DNA of 64,000 nt from Eledone cirrhosa (GCA_964016885.1 OZ024741.1:122388001-122452000); one strand, 5' to 3'; counted from the stretch's first letter, positions 39,601-54,542 are shown. Translations and numbers: made by a program. The notes: generated from the letters alone by a model not told the origin.

Positions 39601-40107
39601 CTGGCTTGGCAATGTTACCGAGGAGCTCTACCCGTTCGGGACAAGCTCTACAGACACGGGCGCCCGGGTAGGGACCCCTCGAAGAAGATCTGTCCAAGAT
39701 GCGTGCGGGACGAGGAAACCGTCGCACACGCATTCGTACACTGCCCGGGCGTTGCTGACCTGTGGGGCTATGTAGAACGACTACTGTCGCGGGTGGGACC
39801 AATCCGGTTGACCACCGAGAACATTGTCACAATCAAACCGCCTCCCCCTTTCAAAAACGAAGGAGAGGCGGTTTTCCTCTGTGTGATAGCCATGGCGAAA
39901 GAAGTTGTATGGTGGACAAGGTTGAAAGGGTTGAGGTCAGACACCTATCTCTCCGGCCAACAACTGGTCTTTTTTTTCAAGTACCACTTTAGAAGAAGGA
40001 TCAGAATGGAGAGAGAGGTGCTCTACCCCAGCAAGTTTTATGAAAGATGGGTGAAAGTAGCGAGAATGGCCCGAGTGAATGGGCCTTCTCTCTATATCAG
40101 CCTGTAG
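36682..40107 (+). pseudogene. LINE ORF2: APE endonuclease, reverse transcriptase, C-terminal zinc finger
   Basis: NARGL, YAP, GDWN, SYLDR, SDH (APE); KSPGLDGLP, FRPITLLN, YADD (RT); CPR...ETVAHAFVHC. Frameshifts near 38100, 38440 and 39600, and TAG at 38861 (TGG in copy 2). Confidence 0.92.
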
Positions 40108-40519
40108 GTGAGAGAGGAGAAGAGGAAGGAAGCATCCGCTCTTTGTGCTCCTGAAGAGGAGGGTTGCACATTTTTTCGGGGGTGTGTGCGACCCATGTCA
40201 ACGCCCCTCCCTATTGAGGACATCGATTGTTAAATTTAATTTGTTATATGTTTTTTACACGTCTTTTTAAATGTATGTAAACTCCCCCCTTTGTATTTGT
40301 CCCAATCTTTGATGCCCTGGTGGCAAATAAATAGAAATATATATCTGTATCTCTCCCAATTTTTATATATATAAAGAGAGAGAATGAGAGAAATATATTT
40401 AGGAATTAAATCGATTTCATTACAGAGGCACAAAACCCAAAGCAGTTTAGCAATCAATCTGTAAATCTGTAAAAAGCTTGATCAGTAATTTGTTTTGTTT
40501 TTTACGCGACCTACAGGTT

Positions 40520-41590
40520 AAAGTGGGAAGCATTGGTGGATGAGGAAGTCGGGATCAGGTATGCATATACTATTGCATTCAAGTTCAGAGAACTCCCCAG
40601 CAAACTGAGGACGTTGAGACATAGTGGAGTTAGTTCAGCTCAGCAATTTCTGCTTCCGCTGTTAAATGCTGCGGGCGAAAGAAGCTTAGTGTGGTACCGG
40701 ATAGCAGGAGGATCCCTTGATTCGATAAAGAGGTCAAAGATGCCATCCGAGCAAAGAAGGAGGCTTACAAAGCTTGGAAATAAGTCCTTCTTCTTGCATC
40801 TGCGGTACAAGCAGGAAAGCAAGTTGCAGCAAAGATAGTACAGGCGTCCAAAGTTAAGACATGGGAGGAGTTTGGGTTAAACTGGAATCCGACTTCAAAT
40901 CAGCAAATAAAGTGTTCTGGTAGACCATACGCTGACTTCGAAATAAGAAACCCTCCTCCACACATGGTATGAAGAACGCGTCTGGGGTTCTCCTCTCTTT
41001 AGAGAGGTGCATTCTCCTGAGTTAGTGAGAATAATTTGCCGATCTCCCACACAGATCACATCAGCATCCTCTGATGTACAAGTGGTGCGTCTGAGAGCAG
41101 TGACTAATCTCTCAGAGGCTCCCAAGAGCAGTTAAAGAGCTGAAATGTTGCAAGGCCGATGGGGAGGATGAAATTCGGCCCGTGATATTAAAAGCCTTAC
41201 ATAGATAATTTATTCTCTAGCTGACTCATGTGTACCGGATGGCTTGGATCTCTGGAAAGGTACCCACGCAATCGAAATCGGGAAAGATAATCCTAGGAGG
41301 CTGAATTATGTGAAAGAATTGCTAAACTCGGTATTTCAATTCGTTATTTCCTGCAAACCCTTACATGTGGTCAGGAACTTGGGAAATGACCGATAGAATA
41401 CGATCGCGAATACAATCGACCGAAATGAGGCTCCTCCGAAGGGTTTTGAAGTAACGTTACATGATAGAGTGCGTAGCTTGGAGATCAGAGAGTTACTGAA
41501 GGTAGAGCCGCTACTGCTTGGTATTGAGAGATCACAGCTTCTATACAATGGGCATGTGGTTAAAGTGTCTCAGGAAAGAATCGAAGAAAA
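40520..41590 (+). pseudogene. Highly decayed RTE-type LINE ORF fragments
   Basis: WEEFG, SANKVFW, GEDEIRP.ILKAL, AWISGKVP and IERSQLLYNGHVVKV (RxxQLRWxGHVxR-like). Confidence 0.65.
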
Positions 41591-41680
41591 AGAAGAAGTC
41601 ACTCTTTACAGTTTGCTCAACGTGGATGAGAAACATGCTACGGAGCACATCATATCGAATCGTTTGTGTTGTCATTTGAT

Positions 41681-41722
<42 letters not shown>

Positions 41723-41723
41723 T

Positions 41724-41783
<60 letters not shown>

Positions 41784-42548
41784 CACACACACACACACAC
41801 ATATATATATAAATATTAGAAGAAATGACAACACAAACACAAGGATGCAAAAACACAAAGTCGTATTAGTCACACGCTTAGGAGGAAGTACAGGAGAGTT
41901 CGACGCTCAGGACGTAACACCTTCGCCAGAAAATGGAGAGGTCGGAGAGAAAAAGCAGGTAGGCACATCGGAGTTTGAAAAAAGAAAGTAGAGTGTGGGG
42001 GGTGAGGGGCAGACTCCAGGTGTGTCATGGCTGTGGTTAATCCGGAGATGAAAGATCAAGGAAAACAGTGCTCAATCTGTTGGAAGAGAGTTTATTTAGT
42101 TTTAACAAAGTTTCATAGACTTATCATGTATATATATATATATATATATATATAAAGACGAGGATTAAATTGAAGACCGTGTTTATCTACGTTTAAAACC
42201 AGTCAAGTGGGTAAGAGGAAATCAGGTTGACATATGCCTCCAATCGAAACGCTATATATATGTATATATATAATGGAAAAATTTGAACAGGAACAAAACA
42301 GAGAGGCAGTACAACGAATGTTTATTAATTTCGTCGATAAAATAAAGTACCAGTAATGCACTGGGTAATTTGCTGGCCTTGTGCCTAAAGTAGAAACAAT
42401 TAATTTCAGTATATATATATATACTGAAGTAAAAGTTAAGTGGAAATATCCATAGGACGAGTTTAGTATAAATAATTACAACAGTAAAATAAACAGGTAC
42501 ACAAGTTTCGTCGGGTTCTGGGCCCCAATTTCTTCATGATTACTGTTG

Positions 42549-42645
<97 letters not shown>

Positions 42646-43245
42646 GTGTAGAAGTTCTATTTAGGTTGTTGGGATACAACAATGTATATATATATATATA
42701 TATTGTTGCGACTGTCAAGCATAAGTCAACCTGCTTTCCTCGTTTGAACAAAAAAAAAAAGAAAAAGTAAAGAAAAAAAATCAACCTCATTACGAACACA
42801 TTTATGACACCTCTGCCTGGTTGACTGTTGCTTCTCCTTCATATCTACAACAGACTTCTATCTGTCAAGTCACCGGTGAATCTGTTAGTAACCACCTCGC
42901 CTCTTATATACCTAGAACTAAGAAAACAAAAAGTAGGAATCTAATCAACATTGTTTCAGCAAAGGTTGTTTTAAACGATGAAATAAAACGAGGTGATTTC
43001 ATAATAAAATATAAATACAGGAGCACTCTGCCACCACCACCAATAGTACAACGACGAAGAGGACAGTACCACCACCTCCAGCAGCTACCCGTAGCAACAA
43101 CAGCACCACCACCACCACCACAAACAACAAGATCAGGACAAACCGCAACAAAATTACACATTATTAATAACTACAACTATAGCAACATCAAAACATTCTG
43201 TGACTGGTGTATGTGGATCACAGTGAGACCAGTGAAAAGAAAGAT

Positions 43246-43324
43246 ATGTCAGTAGTTATCTATGAACCATGGTTATGGAACCTTTACCGGTGTATATTAC
43301 TAATATTAAGTGTTTTTATTCAAG
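43246..43324 (+). CDS. Possible first coding exon (signal-peptide-like) of an unidentified host gene
   Basis: MSVVIYEPWLWNLYRCILLILSVFIQ followed by a consensus phase-1 donor AAG|GTAAGT, in non-repetitive sequence. Confidence 0.3.
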
Positions 43325-43427
43325 GTAAGTAAAAAAGGTGTTCTCTTTGGTAATGAGCGAGGTGGTGTTTGAGTTGGGGTTAGGGCTAATTAAAAGAAGC
43401 GCACGGGCACATAAAAACACCACACAT

Positions 43428-43500
<73 letters not shown>

Positions 43501-43507
43501 TTATATG

Positions 43508-43549
<42 letters not shown>

Positions 43550-43671
43550 CGTGTATGTGTGTGTGTAGTTGACGGACGAGAGAAAAGAGTTGATTTTAAA
43601 TGTTTATTATGGCTAAGTAGTGAGTTTTGTTACGTTGGAGATTCCCTTGCACACTCGCAGCGTTACCAGTC

Positions 43672-43749
<78 letters not shown>

Positions 43750-43831
43750 CATATACATTTTATACTAGAGGCGTTAACATTCTGAAATCTCTATCTCTCA
43801 CCCAGTCTCTCTTTCGCTTTGTCTCTGTCAC

Positions 43832-43889
<58 letters not shown>

Positions 43890-43893
<4 letters not shown>

Positions 43894-45140
43894 ATCAAAA
43901 GATGGTTAAAAGAGTTCCTTGTATTTTATTATGCGCATTTCAAAAACAAATATCATCATGTAATGACATTTGTGTTTTCATCAGATAAAATAGGAAGATA
44001 TGATATGAAGGTTAAAAAACATTTGTGGATAGTGCAGTTTTAAATCAACATATGAAAAGTAGTTTTAGATTGATGTGTAATATTGGGGAACAATTTTTTT
44101 GAGGGGGGTGGGGGGTGGAAATGATGAAAAAGAGGAGGAGGAGATGAGAGTAAAAAGTGGAGGGGGAGGAGTATAATGAGGAAGGATGAGATAGGAGGAG
44201 AGATGGGTGATAGAGAGAGAGAGATAGCTTTTATAACTGAGAAAAATATATTGAAAAACCGTTGGAAGATAATGTATAAATTAAAAGAATTTGAAAATTA
44301 ACGAAGAGAAAAATAATGTAAAGTTAAGGTTTGTATATTGAAGGGTTTAATAATATGTGCGATGAAAAGAAATTGTTAATATGTATTAAGAATAATATTT
44401 AAGGGTTTAATAATATGTGCGATGGAAAGAAAATGTTAATATGTATTAAGAATAATATTTAAGGGTTTAATAATATGTGCGATGGAAAGAAAATGTTGAT
44501 ATGTATTATTAAAAATAGCAATAGTAATGTAAGTAAGGATATATTGTGAAAAAGGTAGAAGATAGGATGAAATATGAAAGTGAGAAAAAAATAATGAATT
44601 GAGGATGAATAATCTAACGTCAAAAAAATGTTTATGTTTACGAAGGATTTTTTCAAGGTGATATAAAGTAAGAATATATTGTATTGTGTAATAATTGTTT
44701 CTATGTTAGGCACAGTGAGAAAAGGTACAGATTAGGGGTTAGAAATTAAAAGAAAAAGAAAAGAAAAGGAAAAGGAAGAAATGGAAGTGATAAATAGGTG
44801 TGATATAGAATGAGTAACAAGTATTATATAATGTATAATAAATAACTTTGAAATAAGGTAGAAAGATGGGTATATTTTTAAAGAAGTATATATATATATA
44901 TATATATATGTGCCTTTGAGAAAAGGATTCTGAATTGATAAAGTTTAGGATATTAGCTGTATACTTTATGGAATGTTCTGTGGAATTTATGCAAGCAGAA
45001 AGAAAACAAGTCAGTGCGTCTATTTATTATAGAATCTAAATTAGGTATAATGGTAAATTTTTCATTTAGACAGAGATTGCAAGTCTTGGATAGAGAACTG
45101 TTCAAGCGGAGCCGTTGATGTATACCACAATTTGAAACTG
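43890..45140 (-). mobile_element. 5'-truncated Penelope-like element: endonuclease C-terminus, 3' UTR, HHR
   Basis: CNLCLNEKFTI...IINRRTDL..FCLH ending at 44953; 60-bp tandem repeat at 44341-44508; HHR at 43922; ends at (TA)n. Confidence 0.75.
43922..43992 (-). ncRNA. Type I hammerhead ribozyme
   Basis: UAUUUUAU CUGAUGA AAACACAAAUGUCAUU-ACAU-GAUGAUAUUUGUUUUU GAAA UGCGCA UA/AUAAAAUA. Confidence 0.88.
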
Positions 45141-45194
45141 CTAATCTTGAGTGAAACGTTGATGTAAATAATGAACTTACAATCACCTGTTATA

Positions 45195-45241
45195 TGCCTT
45201 AAAAGGTCCCACCATATGGTCGGACAAAACGGCTGTCGGCA
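45195..45241 (+). ncRNA. Decayed hammerhead (stems kept, core mutated)
   Basis: UGCC [UUAAAAG] GUCC-C-ACCA-UA-UGGU-C-GGAC [AAAAC] GGCU GUC/GGCA, then AAUAAA. Confidence 0.5.
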
Positions 45242-45278
45242 ATAAACTTAAGAGAGAAATATATATATATATATAGAA

Positions 45279-45323
<45 letters not shown>

Positions 45324-45419
45324 AATATATATATATATATATATATAGAAATATATATATATATATACAAATATATATATATATATATACAAATATATAT
45401 ATATAATATATATATATAT

Positions 45420-45458
<39 letters not shown>

Positions 45459-45481
45459 AATATATATATATATATATATAC

Positions 45482-45640
45482 ATGGACACACTAGAAGGGG
45501 AAGACCACGGTTAACGTATGTTGATGCCCTAAGGACAGACACTGGTCTGTTGGAGACGCAGGACATGGCAGCGATAATGAGGGACAGAGACCGCTGGAGA
45601 GAACTCGTCCATGGATCTCAGGAATTTTACCCGCCTTAGA
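45482..45640 (+). pseudogene. RTE LINE 3' end
   Basis: [18 protein letters not shown]...[11 protein letters not shown]. Confidence 0.75.
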
Positions 45641-45906
45641 TAGATATATACAAATATATATCTATATATATATACAAATATATATATATATATAAATATA
45701 ATATATATGTAGATAAATCTACCAAAAGTTTACGGTAGTGTCCAATCCGTATGAAGAACTCAATGTGATCCGGATATCATGAAAAGAAGAGATGCATTCA
45801 AAAATCACTTTCGGTGAAAGATAAACGGAATACAGAGTCAAGATAAATTATTAAAAAAATAATGAATAAACAAAGAAACAGTTCCTTATATTAAACAAAA
45901 AAAGTT

Positions 45907-46024
45907 CATTATTTTACGATCGTTTCTAGGACATATATGTGTTAGAATTGGTATGCATATTGAAAAGATCTATGTACAAAATTATACAAACTATCACATA
46001 TATATGCTGTCTTCAGAAATAATA
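45907..46024 (-). ncRNA. Type I hammerhead with long stem II
   Basis: UAUUAUUU CUGAAGA ..GCAUAUAUAUGUG...CACAUAUAUGU.. GAAAC GAUC GUA/AAAUAAUG; palindromic helix III ACGAUCGU. Confidence 0.75.
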
Positions 46025-46103
46025 TTTTATTAATAATTTATATAATATATATATATATATATACAAATATATATATATATACAAATATATATATATATAT
46101 TAA

Positions 46104-46178
<75 letters not shown>

Positions 46179-46321
46179 GTATATATATATATCATATATA
46201 TATTTGTATATATATATATACAAATATATATATATATATATATAAGTATTGAAGTTTCCGTTGAAAATTGAAAAAGTCTTAGGAGTGAAGAGTGCTCTAT
46301 GTAAGTACCAGATCTAAATTT

Positions 46322-47115
46322 AATGTATAATAAACAATATAAGAGGTTTCCAGAATAAGACGAATACGAAAAACGTGCTCATTCGTTCATCGGACAAGGC
46401 AATTTAAAACATAGTGAAATATTTGAAAAATCTCTTCAAGAAAGGCAAGAGATTAACGGGCAAAAAAAAATATATAAATAAAAGTAATGCAAGAGATATA
46501 TTAAAAAAATAAGGAAATATAGTTAGGGTATGTGTATATGTATGTATATTCATTCACAAATGTACATATGTGTGTATGTACAAATGCATGTGTATAGTGA
46601 AAATGTGTGCGTAAGTATGAGGGCAAATATATTTGTGTATGTGTGACCACAAATACGTATATAATATGAGTTGAAAAAGAAATTGTAAGATAATATAGTT
46701 AGCATACATCCAGATACAGGTATTAAATATATACACATACCAGTATGAAAGCACGCATATAAACACACACACGCGCGCGATCACTTATATGCGGAAGATA
46801 AAGAAGGAAGGTAGTGTAATAGCAAAAAGAAGTGTCCTTCTCGATATATGTATAAAAATGAAACAATTTATGAGAATGAAAAAAATTTTGAAATCAAAGA
46901 GAAAGTAAGTGGGAGGGGTTATCAATTATAAATTAACACTAGAAAAAAGAAAACAAACATAGGTACGCACGTACACACACATATATATATATATATATAT
47001 AAATATACAAATATATAAATACGTACAAACAAAAGCGCTTGCATGCGTACATATATACACACGAAGCACATATATATATATCGCCACATGTATTTTTAAT
47101 CACACGTACGTACGC

Positions 47116-47154
<39 letters not shown>

Positions 47155-49003
47155 CACACCCATACATACATATACATATACATATATATACATGCATATA
47201 CACATACATTCACCCACATACACACACACGTATAGATAAGTATGTAAAAAACATAGATATAAAAACACACATACACACACATATATATACGCACGCACAC
47301 ATACGGAGGCGTTCGTATACATATACAGAACGTATACACATACATGCACACTCACGCATAGATACAAATTATAAACCAGCCGTATGAATAAATGAGTACA
47401 AATATAAAAGCGTCTGCGAAACAACAGAATATATCTGGAGTTGAAAACGCAAGTGACATGTCTTATCAGGTAGTGAAAGAAAGTGGGGAAGTAAAATGTG
47501 GAATGTGAATATATTAGGTAAGTGAATCAAAAAGTAGGGGGGGGGCGTTCACTGGTGGATGTGAATTTAAAATAAAAATAAAATTAAAAATAAAGTTCAA
47601 AATGAAAGCTTGCTTTCCAGCTCATATAAACTTAACTCACTTTCAGATACTTATCCTCCATAAACTCTTGTTCTTCACTTTCCTTAAATTATCCTCTTTA
47701 CAGACTTCTCTTTCTGATTTACTTTCATTTTAAACATTATTTTTAATTTTATTTTTATTTTTACTTCACATCCACCAGTGAACCTCACCCTACTTTTTGA
47801 TTCACTTACCTAATATCTTCATATTTCACATTTTACTTCCCCATTTTCTTTCACTACCTGATAACACATGTCACTTTCGTTTTCAACTCCAGATATATTC
47901 TGTTGTTTCGCAGACGCTTTTATATTTGTACTCATTTATTCATACGGCTGGTTTATAATTTGTATCTATGCGTGTGAGTGTGCATGTATGTGTATACGTT
48001 CTGTATATGTATACGAACGCCTCCGTATGTGTGCGTGTGTATATATATGTGTGCGTATGTGTGTTTTTATATCTATGTTTTTTACATACTTATTTATACG
48101 CGTGTGTGTATGTGGGTGAATGTATGTGTATATGCATGTATATATATGTATATGTATATGTATGTATGGGTGTGTATGTATATATATAGTCGCGTACGTA
48201 CGTGTGATTAGATATACATGTGGCGATATATATATATATGTGCTTCGTGTGTATGTATGTACGCATGCATGCGCTTTTGTCTGTACGTATTTATATATAT
48301 GTAAATTTTTATATATATATGTGTGTGTACGTGATAACCTATGTTTGTTTTCTTTTTTCTAGTGTTAATTTATAATTGATAAATCCTCCCACTTACTTTC
48401 TCTTTGATTCAATTATTTTTTTTTTATTCACATATATTGTTTCATTTTTATACATATATCGAGAATGACACTTCTTTTTACTATTACACTCCCTTCCCTC
48501 TTTATCTTCCGCATATAAGTGATCGCGCGTGTGTGTGTGTTTATACGCGTGCTTTCATACTTGTATGTGTATATATTTAATACTTGTATCTGGATGTATG
48601 TTAACTATATTATCTTACAATTTCTTTTTCAACTCATATTATATACGTATTTGTGGTCAAACATACAAATATACTTGCCCTCATATATGTACTTACGCAC
48701 ACATTTTCACTATACACATGCATTTGTACATACCCACATATGTACATTTGTGAATTAATATACATACATATACAAATACCCTAACTATATTTCCTTTTTT
48801 TTTTTATATATCTCTTGCATTACTTTTATTTATAATTTTTTTTGGCCCGTTAAACTCTTACCTTTCTTCAGGAGATTTTTCAAATATTTCACTATGTTTT
48901 AAATTCTCTTGTCCGATGAACGAATGAGGACGTTTTTCGTATTCGTCTTATTCGGGAAACTTCTGGTAATGAGGTAATTATATTGTATTGTTTATTATAC
49001 ATT
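46322..49003. mobile_element. Head-to-head inverted pair of the 1-1410 element, with HHRs at both outer ends
   Basis: Junction AAAGCTT at ~47605-47611. The left HHR (46342-46402, minus strand) has lost its cleavage site; the right HHR is at 48904-48977. Confidence 0.85.
48904..48977 (+). ncRNA. Type I hammerhead, CCGAUGA core
   Basis: CUUGU CCGAUGA ACGAAUGAGGACG...CGUCUUAUUCGG GAAAC UUCUG GUA/AUGAG. Confidence 0.7.
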
Positions 49004-49057
49004 ATATATATATATACACAAATATATATATATACAAATATATATATATATGCAAAA

Positions 49058-49190
<133 letters not shown>

Positions 49191-49192
49191 AA

Positions 49193-49259
<67 letters not shown>

Positions 49260-49264
49260 CACAA

Positions 49265-49327
<63 letters not shown>

Positions 49328-49332
49328 CACAA

Positions 49333-49385
<53 letters not shown>

Positions 49386-49481
49386 ACAATGGAAATGTGG
49401 TAAGGAACCAGATGGACCATAACGCACCAGAGTACTCAATACTTAGGGTAGTAGAGTGGGAATAGGAAAAAGTATATATAT

Positions 49482-49552
<71 letters not shown>

Positions 49553-49633
49553 CAAATATATATATATACACAAATATATGTATATATACACATATATATA
49601 TATACAAATATATATATATATATATATATACAT

Positions 49634-49676
<43 letters not shown>

Positions 49677-49887
49677 AATATACATATATATATATATACA
49701 AATACATATATATATATCTACAAATATATATATATTCCTTCAAGAAATCCCGGATAAGCCTCCTACCTCCGTAAACAACAACTCTCTTATCGAGTGGGCC
49801 ATGGGGCCCAAACCCTGATTTGTAAGACTTCGCCAGGTGGTGCTATTAAGTTAGACATGGACTGGGTCAATACTGGCCGAAACCTAT

Positions 49888-49942
<55 letters not shown>

Positions 49943-50587
49943 CCAAACATATTTATATATTTGTTTGTGTGTGTGTGTTGACGAATGAAAGCAGAAGGCG
50001 AAGATTGCTGTTTATCAGTTCATTGGTTTACGATCTTTTCAGAAAGTCATTTAATATATATTCATACAGAGTGTATATATGAATATGTGTTTATATATAT
50101 TTAAGATGTATGTATACATGCGGGTATTTATGTATACAAGTACTTATATGTATATATGAATATGTATACGTATATGCGTATGTACGTGCATATGTATGTA
50201 TGTCTGTATGTGTATATGTATATATGTACATACATATGTATGCTTATAGGCATGTACATACTATGTGGTGTGCAAACATACCGGTACGTATATATATACA
50301 TACGTACGTACATATATACATAAATACATGTCTACATACATATATGCATACGTGTGGAAGGTTAGTAAAATCGAAGTTATGGCAGTCGGCCAATATCCGC
50401 GATGTAACAATTCAGATTCGCACGAAGTACTCAATAAGAATGTATCGTTAAATAGATAGGTTACACCTTAGAGGAAGAAACATAAACTAGAAAGCGTCAC
50501 AAATTGAAAACTGTGGTTAGAGGTCATAGCCACAGAAGCCACGACAACAACGAAAATACAATCAGGTTAGATTGCTTCGGCAGTACA

Positions 50588-50619
<32 letters not shown>

Positions 50620-52061
50620 CTAGCAGAATGTCCCGGCGTTGTTCGGGCTTCTAAACATAGATTAGCATGTTTATCCCTCCTTTCTGAAACAGTACAGAGA
50701 AGTACGGAATACCTCGGCCTGGGAATGGTGTCTACATTTTGTCCTTCGGCAAATAATTTTCCATTAAGATTTTTCAAAAGCATGTAATAGCGTTCCCTCT
50801 CTTTTTTGTTGTTGTTTATACTGCTGTTTGTGTGATAGCAGCCGTTGGTCGTACTACTAACACAGTCTCGTCAATCTTCAGACAATCGGGTATATCCCCT
50901 TCTGCCTCGTCTACCTAACCAATGATTGTAGCACCTCCTTGTACACAATGTTCCTTGTTCTTCCGTGTCGGGAATATGCAAAAAAAGTTTGTCTTGTTTC
51001 CCAATCTTGAGCAGCCAACGTATAGTTGCCCGTATGAAAAACATGACTCTTCCAAAAGAAGACCAGCAACAGCTAGGGTCTGACCCTGGGATTTGTTGAT
51101 AGACATGCAAAGTTGGTTGTCTGTTTCAAGTGCTCTTCTGGTGGCAGTACATTCAGCATCTTGCGACCGTCGAGTAGCAGATTCCACTGACGATTCGTTT
51201 GCCCGCCTTGTTCTTTTTCTTGCCACTTTCGCAGTATTCCGGCCAATGGAGTATCTCTTCCTTCGAGGCCTGACCTAAAAGCAGGACGAAGTACACTAAG
51301 ACTAACTGGTAGAGTAAGGAGTAAACTCGTCAGTGATTTATGTGATTTTCGAACCGTTGACTATGTAATTGCTGGCCTTGTGCCAAAAGTAGTGGGACTT
51401 TTTGGGTGGCATATCGGCAGTAACAATGAAATAAGCCGTCTGTGCTTTCGTGAAATAAATACGTTTGTTTATATTTTGTTTTTGTGTATGCAAAAAGTCT
51501 GTACACGAATACATAATTATATACATATATATATATTAAAATAACAGATTAAAGTTTAAGCAAAGAATCGCTGCTTTCATCCTTAACGGGATCTTCTGAA
51601 ACCCAAAAAATCAATCTGTGAACGCAGAAGTAAATATTTTGAAAAACGTTGCAACGGAAGGAAAACAGGAAGACGATACTTTGGTTCGTGAAGACGTTCC
51701 CTGGCAATGAACAGAAAAAAAGCGAAGATAATACGTCAGCAATGAAAACTGTTTTCATAATATCGTGATGCAGACAGCCAGACACACAGACAGATATCAT
51801 AAGGGCGCGGTGTTATAGCTATGTATCTATCTAAAAAAACAGACTAAGAAAGAGAGAGAGAGAGAGATCGCTAACCAGCGCCTAACACGCCTTTAACAAC
51901 AGAAAATTGAAAGATAAAAGCTGCAGTTAATATCCTTAGACCACAAGGAATATATAAATGCAAGTTTGAAGTCAATCGGAGTAGAAATGTGGATTGTATA
52001 GACTTTGCAAAAGTTAGGGGACACACACATACACAATTTCAGTTTTATATATATGTATAGA
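50620..52061 (-). mobile_element. Internally deleted Helitron with Rep N-terminal and Pif1 helicase C-terminal fragments
   Basis: MSINKSQGQTL...FSYGQLYVGCSR (Pif1-family motifs); 5' TC..AAAACTGA; 3' hairpin CCCGAACAACGCCGGG plus CTAG; a PLE end is nested at ~51535-51678. Confidence 0.85.
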
Positions 52062-52747
52062 TAGTTCAATTATTAACTGAAAGAGAACTCATTATATGTG
52101 TAACAGATTTATTTTCTGAAGAATAAAAAATATATTATATATATAATAATTATAATATATGTCATGGACCACCGTCGGGTTCAACACATTTTCTAGTCGT
52201 ACATATACGTGTATACTTAACGTAAATTTCAAGACGATTCAGCGTGACGCTGTTTATGATAATGCAGGTCCTGCGAATGTTTTCCAGCAGAGTGCATTGG
52301 ATTAAGGTGGAATAACGAGAATCAAGCTCAATATTTTACGATTGGGAAGCCAACAGGCTAACCAACAAAAAACGATTGAAAGATTAAGAATACGGTTGAC
52401 ATCGGTGAACAGGGGTAAATACTTAGTCAAAGAAACTGTTATGCAAATATCGTATCAAATAAATCTAATTCCAAATCATCACTGGTATAATCCATAAATT
52501 TATTCAAATATCAAACTTTATACAAGCAGCATGAAAGTAGTGGTACAAACCACATAAATAAAGACGAAGAAATAGATGGACTGTTATAGTAGTAAGATAG
52601 TCATTTTATGGATAGAGCTTCCTTAATCATTTCTCTCTGAAAAAAGAAATGAACAGAATTAGTCATTAATTCTTTGCGTCAACGTTCAGCGTGTGAAATT
52701 TAAATACATCCAAACATACATACACACACACACACACACGCACACAG

Positions 52748-52895
<148 letters not shown>

Positions 52896-53033
52896 ATGTG
52901 TGTTTGTATGTATTTAAATTTCACACGCTGAACGTTGACGCAAAGAATTAATGACAAATTCTGTTCATTTCTTTATATATATATATATAGAGAGAGAGAT
53001 TACAATAATCAAAGTTCAGTTTAAGTCATTTAT

Positions 53034-53082
53034 TTGCTTACAATTGTTTCCTCCAAACCGAGGTTTGGATTCTTCGGAGCAA
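53034..53082 (-). ncRNA. Type I hammerhead, CCGAAGA core
   Basis: UUGCU CCGAAGA A-UCCAAACC-UC-GGUUUGGA-G GAAAC AAUU GUA/AGCAA, then AAUAAA. Confidence 0.85.
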
Positions 53083-54005
53083 CTATTTACTGATCTATAA
53101 CATACTTGACCTCCTTTTCAACCCAAGAGACACATAAAATATATGCGCATATTGATCAACAGTGGCGTGACATTCATCAAATGATATAGCATGGCAATTT
53201 ACATATAATGGTTACACGATAAAAATAAAAATAAAATAAAAACAAGAATGAAAATAAAGATAAACATGAAGCGTTGGCAGTCTATGAAGATAAAGCAAGA
53301 GGAAAGTTTAGAGTAGTCAGTGTATGAAACAATCTCACGTGTAGCATGCACGCGTGTCTTATTAATACATGATTAGAGTGCGTCAGAATGATATTTGCAG
53401 GGTCAGGCAGTATATATATACATTCAAGTTTGGTGGTTCACCACTGGATAGAACTGGTCATTCCGTATTGTCATCCAAAATACACACACACACACGCACG
53501 CACACACACACACACACATACACACATATATATATAATATAGATAGATATATGAGTAATGGACCTTGAGCAAGGTTATTTACTATTTTTTTCTCATATTT
53601 TAATTTTTTGTAGGAACAAATTTACAGTATAACATATATTAATTTCTAATCTTTGCTACATATATATGTATGTAACGTTATCATATGCTTCGGTTGTTTA
53701 GCGCACAACTTAATAAATATCGTAATTAACTACCAACAGCAACGTTAATAATATGAAAATTAGTACGTCCATCTTAGAATATTTCTTAAGTGATAGGGCA
53801 TATGAGCTTCTCGATAACGTGTTTCGTTGTCGTTGTTTAGATGATATACACGTATTCTGACGTAAACCGAACTTGGGTAGAAAATCGATTAAATGTGTTT
53901 TCTTTTTTTACTAGGTAATACATGTATTCGGTATGTCTATAAAATACAAATATCTATACACTAAAAATGTGTCAATTTATATACACATTTACAAAGTCTT
54001 GGTTA

Positions 54006-54038
<33 letters not shown>

Positions 54039-54491
54039 CGCTTCGTGACGCTATGATATTTCCTCAGTCTAAAGACTGCTGGAATTTCAAATTTGGCGGT
54101 CATTTGATGCGTGAAGGGAGGACTTAGCGGACACGAAAAATAACTGCGGTGAGAAATTTTTTCTGATATCAAAATTTAATGGGCATCCACTGATGATTTA
54201 TAAGTGCCCAGCTACATATATTCTTACAGAAAAATATGTTAGATTTCTACATGAAATGGAAACATTCTCCCAACTAGTAGAAAACTTATAATGAAACAAT
54301 TGTTTGGAAAGTGAGATATATTTTAATTTTAATTATATCTCATATAAAATAATACAACTGGCTTTCCACAAAATAAATATAGTTAGCACCCCAAACACAA
54401 AATTGGGATTATACTAACGTATATCCTAATGTTTGTTGAGTGAGATGGTTACTAGTCAGAGTTTAGCTTAAAGCTTTCTCTGTTATTGTAT

Positions 54492-54542
<51 letters not shown>

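Larger units (their letters stand above)
34690..40340 (+). mobile_element. Near full-length L1/Tx1-clade LINE, decayed
   Basis: 5' UTR hairpin, ORF1 with CCHC knuckle, ORF2 APE-RT-zinc finger, AATAAA at ~40326. Confidence 0.9.

Noticed and set aside
37455-39802. Long antisense ORFs inside LINE ORF2
   Set aside because: Expected shadow ORFs of GC-rich coding sequence.
54181-54246. CUGAUGA with a weak stem II
   Set aside because: GAAA and stem I do not fit; at most a very decayed HHR.
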